Made by a program: the position numbers and the translations under genes. From NCBI GenBank assembly GCA_964556545.1, contig CAZKWE010000059.1, forward strand, positions 24,481 through 88,480: a stretch of DNA of 64,000 bases, in the 5' to 3' direction. Shown in pieces: positions 55,904-64,000 of the stretch. The first letter of the stretch is position 1; each line of letters begins with the position of its first letter. Source of the stretch: an uncultured Campylobacteraceae bacterium. Lineage in GTDB: Bacteria; Campylobacterota; Campylobacteria; Campylobacterales; JALSKU01. Under the pieces are notes generated by a model. The model searched no databases. It saw only the letters and a program-made list of their open reading frames with translations, and was not told where the DNA came from.

Positions 55904-57737
55904 AGAATTTTTTCTTTCCGACCAATATAGACAAAAGGGAAATCTCTTTTATATAGTTTTGATCCATTTTTATTAATTGATTTTTATAATTTAAAAATTT
56001 GGATAGTGCATCAGAATAGTTCTTGTATGGAGATACTCCACTCAAATATCTCTCAGTTAAAATTTTTAATTTTTTTGAAGAAAGCTTTACAAGTTCAAAT
56101 AAATACAGTTTTTGTTTTTTTATTCTTTTTATTTCATTGTATGATTTTTCAACTTGAGATAAGATTGCTCTTTGTTTCGCTGATAAAATCCTTTTTTGTT
56201 TTAGTATATTATATCTATCTCTTTCTTTGGATAAAATGATATCTTTTCTTTGGTATATCGGTATTTTAAAGTTCAATCCAAGAGACCAGAATGTACCTCT
56301 ACCGGCTCCTGAGAGAGTAAAAATATCATCTTTGTTTAATCCGTATCCTATATTGGAAGTAAAATTAATTTTCGGATAGTACCTTCTTTGATCGTTTTGC
56401 AGATCCGTTTCTTTGATCTTAAGAATATTTGACTGTATGGCGATATCGCTACTTTGCTTAATAGCCTCTTTTTGTAATATTTTTAAAGAGTTTGTGTTTA
56501 GTTCTATTTTTGCGGGATAGAGCTTAAAAGGTTTTTTGCTTCTTGATTTTATGCTCTGTCTCAATATATAGTCATTATATTTATATCTGTATTTTGCATC
56601 CAAAACATTTCTTTGTATATTGATAAGATCATCATGTGAGCTTATATGATCAAGTATGGAATTTGCACCTTTTTTATAGCTTTCATCAATAATCTTTGTT
56701 AAAATCTTCTGTTGTTTCAAAATCTTACTATACATTTTTAACTCTTCTTGAGCAGTATAAAGATCAGTATATATTGATGTACCGAGAATCAATAGTTTCT
56801 CTTTCGCATTTATCTCTTTGATTTGAGCGAGTCTTTTGTATAAAATATCATAAGTATGTTTTGTTAGCCAATACCGCCCGTCATATAAAAGTTTGTTTGC
56901 ATTTAAAGAAACTCCGGCATTGGTATAATCACCGTTTCCCTCGATATTATTTCCATTTGTCGAGACACTTGTACCGGTTCTAAGATAGCCATCCACATAG
57001 ATATCAAAACCGTATTTGTCTTTTTTTATTTCAGATAAAACATAATCAATCTTTTTTTGATAGTATGCCTCTTTTGCAGAATCATTATAATTAAAAAGTG
57101 CATCTATATATTTTCTTAAATTCAATATATCATATATGTTGGTATCTGATGTTTTATATTTATCCGGAATTTGATAAGATTCCAATATTTTAGGTTCGTT
57201 GAGTTTAGGTTTGTTATTTATATAAGAAATTTTTTTTGAAGTAAGAGGTATATGAAAATCATTTATATTAATTTTAGGTTCATTTTTTATAGATATGGGA
57301 TTTATAGGGCTTTTCTCTTCAATATTTTCTTGAATAAGCTCTTTTTTAGTTTTAGATATATTGTTTTTCTTATTTAATTTTACAGGTATTAAAGGGGGTG
57401 TTTTTATCTGTTGAAATTTTATAATTTCTATTTTTTTTTTATTTTTACTCAAAGATATATTTTTTTTATTATCTTTATCAAAAACTATAAACGAATCATG
57501 ATAATATTTTTTTATATTTTTCAATATTTTTTTAGCTTCTGTATAGTTTTTGATATGATTGATTTTAAAAGTATAATATTTTTTTTGTTTTTCAATAATT
57601 CCGTTCGGTATGATTTTAAAGAATTTTTCTTTGTCCTTATCATAAACGACTTTTGTTGAAAAAAGTATAATGTTATATTGTTTTGCTTGAAGTAAAGTTA
57701 TCATAAAAAAAAGCAATAAAAATCTCAAAAATTTCAT
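55890..57737 (-). CDS. Outer membrane protein: SPOR-like N-terminal domain fused to TolC/OEP-like domain
   Basis: 615 aa with a signal peptide. Residues about 20-90 follow a SPOR-like pattern (YNIILFST...YYTFKINHIKNYTEAKKILKNIKK..DSFIV). The C-terminal 400 aa show OEP-type repeats (...ERYLSGVSPYKNYSDALSKFLNYKNQL...). First gene of the operon. Confidence 0.6.
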   Translation of the reverse strand: MKFLRFLLLFFMITLLQAKQYNIILFSTKVVYDKDKEKFFKIIPNGIIEKQKKYYTFKINHIKNYTEAKKILKNIKKYYHDSFIVFDKDNKKNISLSKNKKKIEIIKFQQIKTPPLIPVKLNKKNNISKTKKELIQENIEEKSPINPISIKNEPKININDFHIPLTSKKISYINNKPKLNEPKILESYQIPDKYKTSDTNIYDILNLRKYIDALFNYNDSAKEAYYQKKIDYVLSEIKKDKYGFDIYVDGYLRTGTSVSTNGNNIEGNGDYTNAGVSLNANKLLYDGRYWLTKHTYDILYKRLAQIKEINAKEKLLILGTSIYTDLYTAQEELKMYSKILKQQKILTKIIDESYKKGANSILDHISSHDDLINIQRNVLDAKYRYKYNDYILRQSIKSRSKKPFKLYPAKIELNTNSLKILQKEAIKQSSDIAIQSNILKIKETDLQNDQRRYYPKINFTSNIGYGLNKDDIFTLSGAGRGTFWSLGLNFKIPIYQRKDIILSKERDRYNILKQKRILSAKQRAILSQVEKSYNEIKRIKKQKLYLFELVKLSSKKLKILTERYLSGVSPYKNYSDALSKFLNYKNQLIKMDQNYIKEISLLSILVGKKKFYEQN

Positions 57738-57832
57738 TTTGCACCATTCAATTTAAAAATATTTTATATGTATTTTTTGCATAAAACACTTATCATATTA
57801 TTATATCAGTTTATTTCTTAAAAAATACTTTT

Positions 57833-59311
57833 ATCCCCAATAATTCCATACCAAATTAAACAATAAGCCAATTTACTCTATAATTAGGTACTTTAAAACG
57901 AAAAAGTCACACCTAAAACTTTCACCTATTTGGTACGACTTTTTCAATTACAACAGGTAAGAATTATAACACAAACTATCTTAAATTTCAAACTACAATC
58001 CACAAATGAGAAATTAACACCAAGAACAGGTGTGGCAATATTAGGTGAATACCTTAAAGGTATGAAGCTTGAGAGATTATGTAATGAGAATCTTCCAAAA
58101 GCTAAACACAATAATGGTTACTTGGCATTTGAGTTTATTTACCCTCTTATCTTAATGCTTCACAGTGGTGGTCGTTTTCTTGATGATATCAAAGAGATAA
58201 AAGCAGATAAAGCACTCTCTGCACTTCTAAAAATAAAAAATATACCTACAGCAAATGCCTTCTCAAAGTATCTTCGTAAACATGGAACTAATGGTGAAGA
58301 AGGGATGAGAAAAATAAACAAGAAATATTTTAAACGATTTCTAAAAAGTATTGAGAATGAAGAACTGATTCTTGATATAGATGCAACATTTATAGAAGCT
58401 CATAAAAACACAGCTAAATGGTCATATAAAGATGCTCCCGGATATATGCCCATGGTGGGACATATCAATGGAGGCTATGTAATTGATGTAGATTTTAAAG
58501 AAGGTAATGAAGCACCGGCATCAAAGAACTTAGAGTTTATCAAGCAGTGTGTATTACAATTGCCATTAGGAAAACACTTTGATAGATTCAGAGCAGACAG
58601 TGCATCCTATCAAGCTGATATATTTAACTATTGTGAAGAGAAAAATATACTTTTTACAGTTACAGCCAAAAAGAACAAAAATGTGTTTGATTCTATCAAA
58701 AGTATTAAAGATGAAGAGTGGCAACCTTTCTCAAAAAGAGAAAAGATAGCAGAGTTTATCCATACAATGGGTAGTGTAAAATAAAATCAAAGAACTGAAA
58801 AATGGTTTCAATATGAGCTATCTGCCATCATCAAATTTTGATGCTAATGCTTTTTACTTTTACATAGGTACAGTGGCTTATAATCTATTTTTACTTTTTA
58901 AACAAATACTTGACAAGAATCTTCAAAAGCATACTGTTAAGACTATCGGATATAAACTATATAATATCGCTGGTAAGGTTATCTCTCATGCAAGAGAGAC
59001 TATACTTAAAGTCAATGATGAGTTTATAAAACTATCGCAAACAATACGGCAAAGAGCTTACGAAGAGAGTTTACAATGATAAAAAATCTAAACCTGAAAA
59101 AGCCATATATTAGCATCTTGAAGTTTATTACAATAGAAAAATATTGTCCAAAAAATATAAATATGACACCAAAAGCACAAAATTTAATACTTATGGAGTT
59201 AAAAATATGTAAAAAGGATTTTATGTCTAAGATAGGTGCTTCCAAAGTCAAAGAAAGATGGAATTTTTATGAATTTGGATACAGGTTGAATCTTATGGAA
59301 TTATTTGGGAT
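57833..59311 (+). mobile_element. Degraded IS1380-family insertion sequence
   Basis: Terminal inverted repeats ATCCCCAATAATTCCATA (57833-57850) and TATGGAATTATTTGGGAT (59294-59311) match 17/18 as reverse complements. They enclose a broken DDE transposase gene. No flanking direct repeat identified. Confidence 0.7.
57930..59079 (+). pseudogene. IS1380-family DDE transposase, split and internally deleted
   Basis: ORF1 (284 aa) has LILDIDATFIEAHK and FRADSASYQ (DDE D residues). ORF2 (88 aa, different frame) carries the ...IKELKNGF...AYNLF... C-terminal region. The combined length is shorter than I expect for IS1380 transposases, and the segment between the two parts is missing. Confidence 0.7.
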
Positions 59312-59472
59312 TATTGTTAGTCTTTAGTCATAAAAGTAAGTTTTATATGACTATTTGCAGTAATATCCCAAGTTGATATTGTAATAATTAATTATAAATA
59401 TTATTTCTTGTAAGAAAAAATTTCTTAGGTAAAATCTATCGATAAATGCATATTTCTACTTTATAATAGTTA

Positions 59473-59964
59473 TTATATATTTTTTTTAATATCTATAGAG
59501 TTTATTTTGTCTCCCTGCTTTAAAGAATCCAAAACTTCAAAACTCTTTTTGTCATCTTTTTCTATACCGCCAAAAACCGTATGCACTCCGTCAAGATGTG
59601 GTTGGGGAGCAAAGCAGATAAAAAACTGGCTTCCTCCGGTATCTCTTCCGGCATGTGCCATAGAAAGTGTGCCTTTTTCATGTTTATGGATATTGTTGTC
59701 GCATTCGCATGCTATATTCCAACCGGGGCCTCCCATGCCTGTTCCGTGTGGGCATCCGCCCTGAGCTACAAAACCGGGAATTACCCTGTGAAAATTTAGA
59801 TTGTCATAAAAGCCTTCATTTGCCAAAGTGGCAAAATTAGCTACGGTATTTGGTGCCTCTTCAGGATAGAGTCTTAGTTTTATATCTCCTTTTTCTGTAT
59901 GTATGATCGCATACTTAAATTTTTCTAATTCATCTTTTGTATAATCATAAGTTTTTAATGACAT
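59473..59964 (-). CDS. ppiB: Peptidyl-prolyl cis-trans isomerase, cyclophilin type
   Basis: [24 protein letters not shown] and SQFFI motifs. The start is taken at ATG 59964 (MSLKTYDY...), because the longer track ORF would run into the tRNA. Confidence 0.9.
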   Translation of the reverse strand: MSLKTYDYTKDELEKFKYAIIHTEKGDIKLRLYPEEAPNTVANFATLANEGFYDNLNFHRVIPGFVAQGGCPHGTGMGGPGWNIACECDNNIHKHEKGTLSMAHAGRDTGGSQFFICFAPQPHLDGVHTVFGGIEKDDKKSFEVLDSLKQGDKINSIDIKKNI

Positions 59965-59982
59965 TTGTTTCCTTTTAAAAAA

Positions 59983-60059
59983 TGGTCGGAACGACTGGAC
60001 TTGAACCAGCGACCTCACCCACCCCAAGGGTGCGCGCTACCAGGCTGCGCTACGCTCCG
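59983..60059 (-). tRNA. tRNA-Pro, anticodon read as GGG
   Basis: The 77-nt reverse complement folds as a cloverleaf: CGGAGCG TA GCGC AGCCTGGTA GCGC G CACCC TTGGGGT GGGTG AGGTC GCTGG TTCAAGT CCAGT CGTTCCG A CCA. The 7-bp acceptor stem has one G-T pair. Anticodon loop positions 34-36 are GGG and G37 is typical of tRNA-Pro. CCA is encoded. Confidence 0.9.
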
Positions 60060-60060
60060 A

Positions 60061-60786
60061 TTAGTATTTTATTTTTGTCAGATATAAACCATTTGGAGGT
60101 GCCAAAGTGGTTGAGAATATATCTTTTTTTTCAAGTTGTAATTTTAACTCATTTTTACTTAATTTTCCATCAGATATTTGAAGTAAAAAACTAACCATCA
60201 TTCTTATCTGTGATCTTAAAAAACCATTTGCCTCAAAATAAAAAATGTATAAATCTTTATATTTATAAAAATCCGCTTTATAGATATGTCTTATATAGTT
60301 TTTTGTATCGCTTCCTGTTTTTTTAAAATATTCAAAATCATGTTTTCCTTCAAACAGTTTTATAGATTCTTTAATACTTTTAAAATCAATACTTTTAACA
60401 AAAGTTACATATGAATTAAAAAATACAGTAGGTTTTTGAGCTGATACGATATATCTGTAAACTCTTTTTTTTGCATCATATCTGGCATGAAAATTTTTAT
60501 TGACTTTTTCTATCCTTTTTATACGAATTTCAGGGTAGAGTATTTTGTTTAAAGAGTATGCCAATTTATCAAAATCATTCCAAAAACTTGGAAGATTTAT
60601 ATGTATGACCTGACCGGTCGCATGAACTCCTTTATCAGTTCTGCCGCTGGCAATGGGTATATCTGATATATTTAAAATTTTTAAGGAATTTTGTATCCTC
60701 TTGGCAACGGTATTTTTAATTTTTTTTTGTATTTGATATCCGTAAAATTTGCTTCCGTCATATTCAAGAGTTATTTTTACTCTCAT
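60061..60786 (-). CDS. truA: tRNA pseudouridine(38-40) synthase
   Basis: 241 aa. MRVKITLEYDGSKFYGYQ start and the catalytic GRTDKGVHA motif. Confidence 0.9.
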   Translation of the reverse strand: MRVKITLEYDGSKFYGYQIQKKIKNTVAKRIQNSLKILNISDIPIASGRTDKGVHATGQVIHINLPSFWNDFDKLAYSLNKILYPEIRIKRIEKVNKNFHARYDAKKRVYRYIVSAQKPTVFFNSYVTFVKSIDFKSIKESIKLFEGKHDFEYFKKTGSDTKNYIRHIYKADFYKYKDLYIFYFEANGFLRSQIRMMVSFLLQISDGKLSKNELKLQLEKKDIFSTTLAPPNGLYLTKIKY

Positions 60787-61806
60787 TTAGTATCTTTTTA
60801 AAATTTTTCTCTTAAAAAATATAATTGAAAATGCAAGTGTTATTGCAGGAACCAGCACAATACTCAAAAGAGGGTTTATTGATATAAGATAATACATTAG
60901 TACATAATAAGAAAAAATTGTTAAAAATATATAGGTATATGCATTGCTTTTTTCATATCTGGGGTTAAATATGCCTATGGTAACAGAGAGTAAAAATGCA
61001 AAAAGAGGAAATAATGAGACAAGTATGAAAGTTGCAAAATCTTTTGCTCTTCCTTTATCTTTAATCCCCTTAAGCCAATATGACAACACCCCTTTACTGC
61101 CTGATATTTCAAGGTTTTTACTATTGTATATATCCATTGTTTTATAATCTGTTTGTTTTATACTCTCTTTTTCAATCACGAAGGCTTTTCCGTTTTGCAA
61201 ATGTAAACTCAATACACCTTTGGAATTTTTTATAGAAGCATTTTTAGCTATAATAAAATCCTCTTTGTTTTTATCTTTTGAATACATAATAATATCTTGA
61301 AAGTTATTTTGTTTTTTTGATTTGTTGATAAAAACAAGCCAATTTGAAAATTTTTGACCAAATTCCATGGCTGATATATTCAATTTTGCTTCAGCTTTTT
61401 TAACATCTACGAAACTTCTGTAAAGTTGTTTGGAAATAGGTATCAAAAAAACAGCATTTATCAGTAAAGAAAGTGAAGTTGCAAGAGAGAGTACAAAAAA
61501 TATTTTTACAATTTTTTTGGGCGATACCCCGAAAGAAAATATTACACTTATTTCATTGTCTTTAGACATTTTTGTCAGGGTGATTGCAATAGCTATAAAA
61601 AATACTATCGGAAATGTATATATAATTATCCTTGGTAGTATAAACAGGTAAAGCTCACCAAGCTCCAAAAATGTTACTTTTATGACGGCTGTTATCTGAG
61701 CAATTTTTATAAAATATATTATTGACACCATAAAAAAAAGAGTGAAAAATATAGGATTAAATGATTCGGTAAAATTTTTTAAAATATATTTGCTTATTTT
61801 ATTCAT
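60787..61806 (-). CDS. LptF/LptG (YjgP/YjgQ) family LPS export permease
   Basis: 339 aa. Three TM segments, then a periplasmic beta-jellyroll-sized insert, then three TM segments. The N-terminus ILKNFTESFNPIFFTLFF is typical of the family. Confidence 0.6.
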   Translation of the reverse strand: MNKISKYILKNFTESFNPIFFTLFFMVSIIYFIKIAQITAVIKVTFLELGELYLFILPRIIIYTFPIVFFIAIAITLTKMSKDNEISVIFSFGVSPKKIVKIFFVLSLATSLSLLINAVFLIPISKQLYRSFVDVKKAEAKLNISAMEFGQKFSNWLVFINKSKKQNNFQDIIMYSKDKNKEDFIIAKNASIKNSKGVLSLHLQNGKAFVIEKESIKQTDYKTMDIYNSKNLEISGSKGVLSYWLKGIKDKGRAKDFATFILVSLFPLFAFLLSVTIGIFNPRYEKSNAYTYIFLTIFSYYVLMYYLISINPLLSIVLVPAITLAFSIIFFKRKILKRY

Positions 61807-62543
61807 CTATATAACCATTCAAAAAGTTTTAAAACATATCCGTCAAGCATATATGTAATGAAAAGAGCAAGTGCCAAAAATGGTATAAAGGGGAGCTGAA
61901 TATCTTTTTTGCCTACTATGATAAAAACCGGCAGTGCTATAACGGCAGATAAAAATATTGTAAAAAGTCCAAGTTTGATTCCTACCATGGCTCCTATGGT
62001 TGCGGCTATCATGATATCGGCTTCACCCAAAGCTTCTTTTTTGATAATAAATGACACATAAAATCTTAAAAGTGTAAAACCTCCGGCAAACAAAAGAGCA
62101 TTTGTCAAAGAGACAATAATATTCCCTGTGAAAACTGATAAACTCAGTGCCAAAAGATTTAAACTATCCGGTACCGCTTTGTATCTAAAATCTATCAAAG
62201 ATAGTGCCAAAAGCAGATCAAATACTAATGCTACAATCAAACCCTCTGTAAATGAAATAGTTTTTGCATAAGAAATAATAAATATAACCGTACTCGCAAG
62301 CTCTACCAAAGGGTACTGTATAGAGATATTTTTCTTGCAGTAATGGCATTTGCCTTTCAGTATGATATAAGATATCAAAGGTATATTGTGCCACCATTTT
62401 AAAGGTTTATTGCAGTGAGTGCAATGAGAGGCCGGAAATGCTATATTTTCTTCTTTTGGTATTCTAAAAATCACCACATTTAAAAATGATCCTATTGCCA
62501 AACCCAAAAGTGCCGTTATAAGCATATAAGCATAATTCATCAA
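61803..62543 (-). CDS. Prepilin peptidase (A24 family)
   Basis: 246 aa. N-terminal Cys-rich DiS-P-DiS region (CTHCNKPLKWWHNIPLISYIILKGKCHYCKKNI) and a polytopic A24 domain with the GEADIM region. Confidence 0.8.
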   Translation of the reverse strand: MMNYAYMLITALLGLAIGSFLNVVIFRIPKEENIAFPASHCTHCNKPLKWWHNIPLISYIILKGKCHYCKKNISIQYPLVELASTVIFIISYAKTISFTEGLIVALVFDLLLALSLIDFRYKAVPDSLNLLALSLSVFTGNIIVSLTNALLFAGGFTLLRFYVSFIIKKEALGEADIMIAATIGAMVGIKLGLFTIFLSAVIALPVFIIVGKKDIQLPFIPFLALALFITYMLDGYVLKLFEWLYR

Positions 62544-63217
62544 ATGCCGCCAAAATTTCTTTTTATAGTTTTAAATTTTCTAATGATACCATCAAGCTCT
62601 TCAGTTGAAAAATCCGGCCAAAGAGTATTGGTAAAAAAAAGTTCACTATATGAGCATTGCCATAAAAGAAAATTTGACAGTCTTTGTTTTCCTCCTGTTC
62701 TTATCAGTATGTCAACAGGGGGCATATCTTTTGTGTCAAGGTTTTTTTCAATTGTTTCAATACTTATTTTTTCTTTGTTTTTGCATATTTTTTCTACTGC
62801 TCTTTTTATCTCGTCTTTAGAGCCGTAGTTTATAGCAAGACACTGAGTAAGTCCTGTACAGTGTTTTGTTTTTTCTATGGTTTGCGAAACTCTTTTTTGC
62901 AGTTTTGAAGAAAATTTGCTTATATCGCCTATAATGTTAAATTTGACATTATGTTTAAGATATGTCGGCAACTCTTTTTTGAGATAATTATCCAGTAATT
63001 TCATTAGAAAATCAATTTCAACTTTTGGTCTTTTCCAATTTTCTGTACTAAAGGCATAAAGTGTCAAATAACCGATATTTTTTTTTGAGGCATGTATAGT
63101 TATGTTTTTAACGGTATTTGCACCTTTTTCATGTCCGAAAATTCTTTTTTTACCTTTAAGATTTGCCCACCTTCCGTTGCCATCCATTATGATAGCAATG
63201 TGTTTTATGTCATTCAC
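62540..63217 (-). CDS. uppS: Undecaprenyl diphosphate synthase
   Basis: 225 aa. HIAIIMDGNGRWA, TLYAFSTENWKRP and RTGGKQRLSNFLLWQ motifs. Confidence 0.95.
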   Translation of the reverse strand: MNDIKHIAIIMDGNGRWANLKGKKRIFGHEKGANTVKNITIHASKKNIGYLTLYAFSTENWKRPKVEIDFLMKLLDNYLKKELPTYLKHNVKFNIIGDISKFSSKLQKRVSQTIEKTKHCTGLTQCLAINYGSKDEIKRAVEKICKNKEKISIETIEKNLDTKDMPPVDILIRTGGKQRLSNFLLWQCSYSELFFTNTLWPDFSTEELDGIIRKFKTIKRNFGGI

Positions 63218-63219
63218 TT

Positions 63220-63930
63220 TTAACCTTTCAAGTCAAGTATATTTTCCGATATTTCACACAGCGGTTCTATTTTGTTTTTTTTGATAAAAATAATATCACT
63301 ATATATTTTGATATCAATAATATTGTTATAATTTGATACAAGCAGTATTTGAGAGTTTTTTCGTATCTCTCCTTCAAAACCGCCATAATTTTTAAATGCA
63401 AAATAATATTGTACACTTTTTTCATTTAAATTTTGATTTATAATTTTAAACTGCAACAGCATTTTTTCGCCGTTAAAAAAAAGAGGATATGAGAGTATAT
63501 TCTTTTGAAGGCAAAATATAAATTTATTTATCATATTTTTATTGATATTTTTTTGTGAATAAAGTATGTCCGTATAGTATTGTTTAAAATTTTTAATCTT
63601 TAGGTTTTCAATAATTCTTTTAAACGGTATGTCAAAAGAAAAAAAAGTATTGTTTTGAAAAAAATCAGGTTGCTTGTGTAAATTTGAGAGTATAATAACT
63701 CCATCAGTATCTTTAGATATTATGCACCAGTAATTTTTTGATACTTCAAGCTCTTTGTGCGATATGCAGATATTTTTTTTTGAATTGATAAAAAGTTCAT
63801 ATCTTTTTCGGTCAATTTTTTTATCTATTTTTATAGATACCAAAGGAGAATTTTTTAGTGTAATATGTCTGTTCGTCCCTGCTTTGAAAAGTAAATTGAA
63901 AAAAAGATTTAAAAACTCTTCAATATTCAA
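63220..63930 (-). CDS. Hypothetical protein
   Basis: 236-aa ORF tightly preceding uppS. No motif recognised. Confidence 0.4.
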   Translation of the reverse strand: MNIEEFLNLFFNLLFKAGTNRHITLKNSPLVSIKIDKKIDRKRYELFINSKKNICISHKELEVSKNYWCIISKDTDGVIILSNLHKQPDFFQNNTFFSFDIPFKRIIENLKIKNFKQYYTDILYSQKNINKNMINKFIFCLQKNILSYPLFFNGEKMLLQFKIINQNLNEKSVQYYFAFKNYGGFEGEIRKNSQILLVSNYNNIIDIKIYSDIIFIKKNKIEPLCEISENILDLKG

Positions 63931-64000
63931 AAATTTTATCCTTATATCTTTTTTGCCAATTCGATAATTTTAAAAGATATGGATAATTTTGTATCTTTTT

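Noticed and set aside
59076-59327. An 83-aa ORF at the right end of the IS element.
   Set aside because: It spans the IS terminal inverted repeat, shows no similarity to anything recognisable, and overlaps the transposase remnant's stop. It is probably a chance ORF.
36314-59982. A classical tRNA-integrated genomic island with an integrase.
   Set aside because: No tyrosine or serine recombinase gene and no repeat of the tRNA-Pro 3' end were seen. Only a dead IS is present, so the idea is kept as a weak hypothesis inside the IS finding rather than a called feature.
59965-60027. N-terminal extension of the cyclophilin ORF ([21 protein letters not shown]...).
   Set aside because: The extension is the reverse-strand reading of the tRNA-Pro gene. 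The internal ATG at 59964 gives a normal cyclophilin N-terminus.

Overview
This is a very AT-rich bacterial chromosome segment (about 30% GC by eye, not computed). Its gene content points to Campylobacterota (epsilonproteobacteria): a PglB-type oligosaccharyltransferase with WWDYG, FliL, RNase Y, a FlgS-like soluble histidine kinase, and many c-di-GMP proteins, as in vent-type members. This taxonomic call is an inference.

Positions 1-36 kb are mostly housekeeping genes: an RND pump tail, efp, DJ-1, dnaE, an FAD/FeS lactate-type oxidoreductase, pglB, uraA-upp, argD, acpS, fliL, radA, ftsY, rny, an ABC exporter and a DedA protein. Three small modules of interest sit among them:
- a binding-protein-like lipoprotein coupled to a GGDEF-EAL membrane protein;
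- a four-gene operon of nucleosidase-like protein, SDR, SPL-type radical SAM and CDP-alcohol phosphatidyltransferase;
- a divergent Y-family polymerase and S24/HTH repressor pair sharing a perfect 15-bp inverted repeat.

Positions 36.4-57.7 kb hold the most interesting region, a tightly packed and visibly even more AT-rich envelope-glycan locus. It contains:
- a PelF-like DUF3492/GT4 protein and a PelG-like membrane protein;
- non-Pel partners: a SPOR-like/TolC-like fusion, an OmpA-domain lipoprotein, an orphan 727-aa polytopic membrane protein, a TM-GAF-HD-GYP protein and a GH114-like secreted protein;
- two paralogous copies of a module made of GT2, CE4 deacetylase, FemAB/CelD-like GNAT-fold protein and MprF-flippase-like UPF0104 protein.

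One module copy and one copy of the 727-aa gene are decaying, with a nonsense codon, homopolymer frameshifts, truncation and an internal deletion. The locus is bordered by a degraded IS1380-family element and lies near tRNA-Pro. Positions 59.4-64 kb return to core genes (ppiB, truA, lptF/G-like, prepilin peptidase, uppS).

All functional calls come from reading the translated ORFs for motifs. No database search was run.
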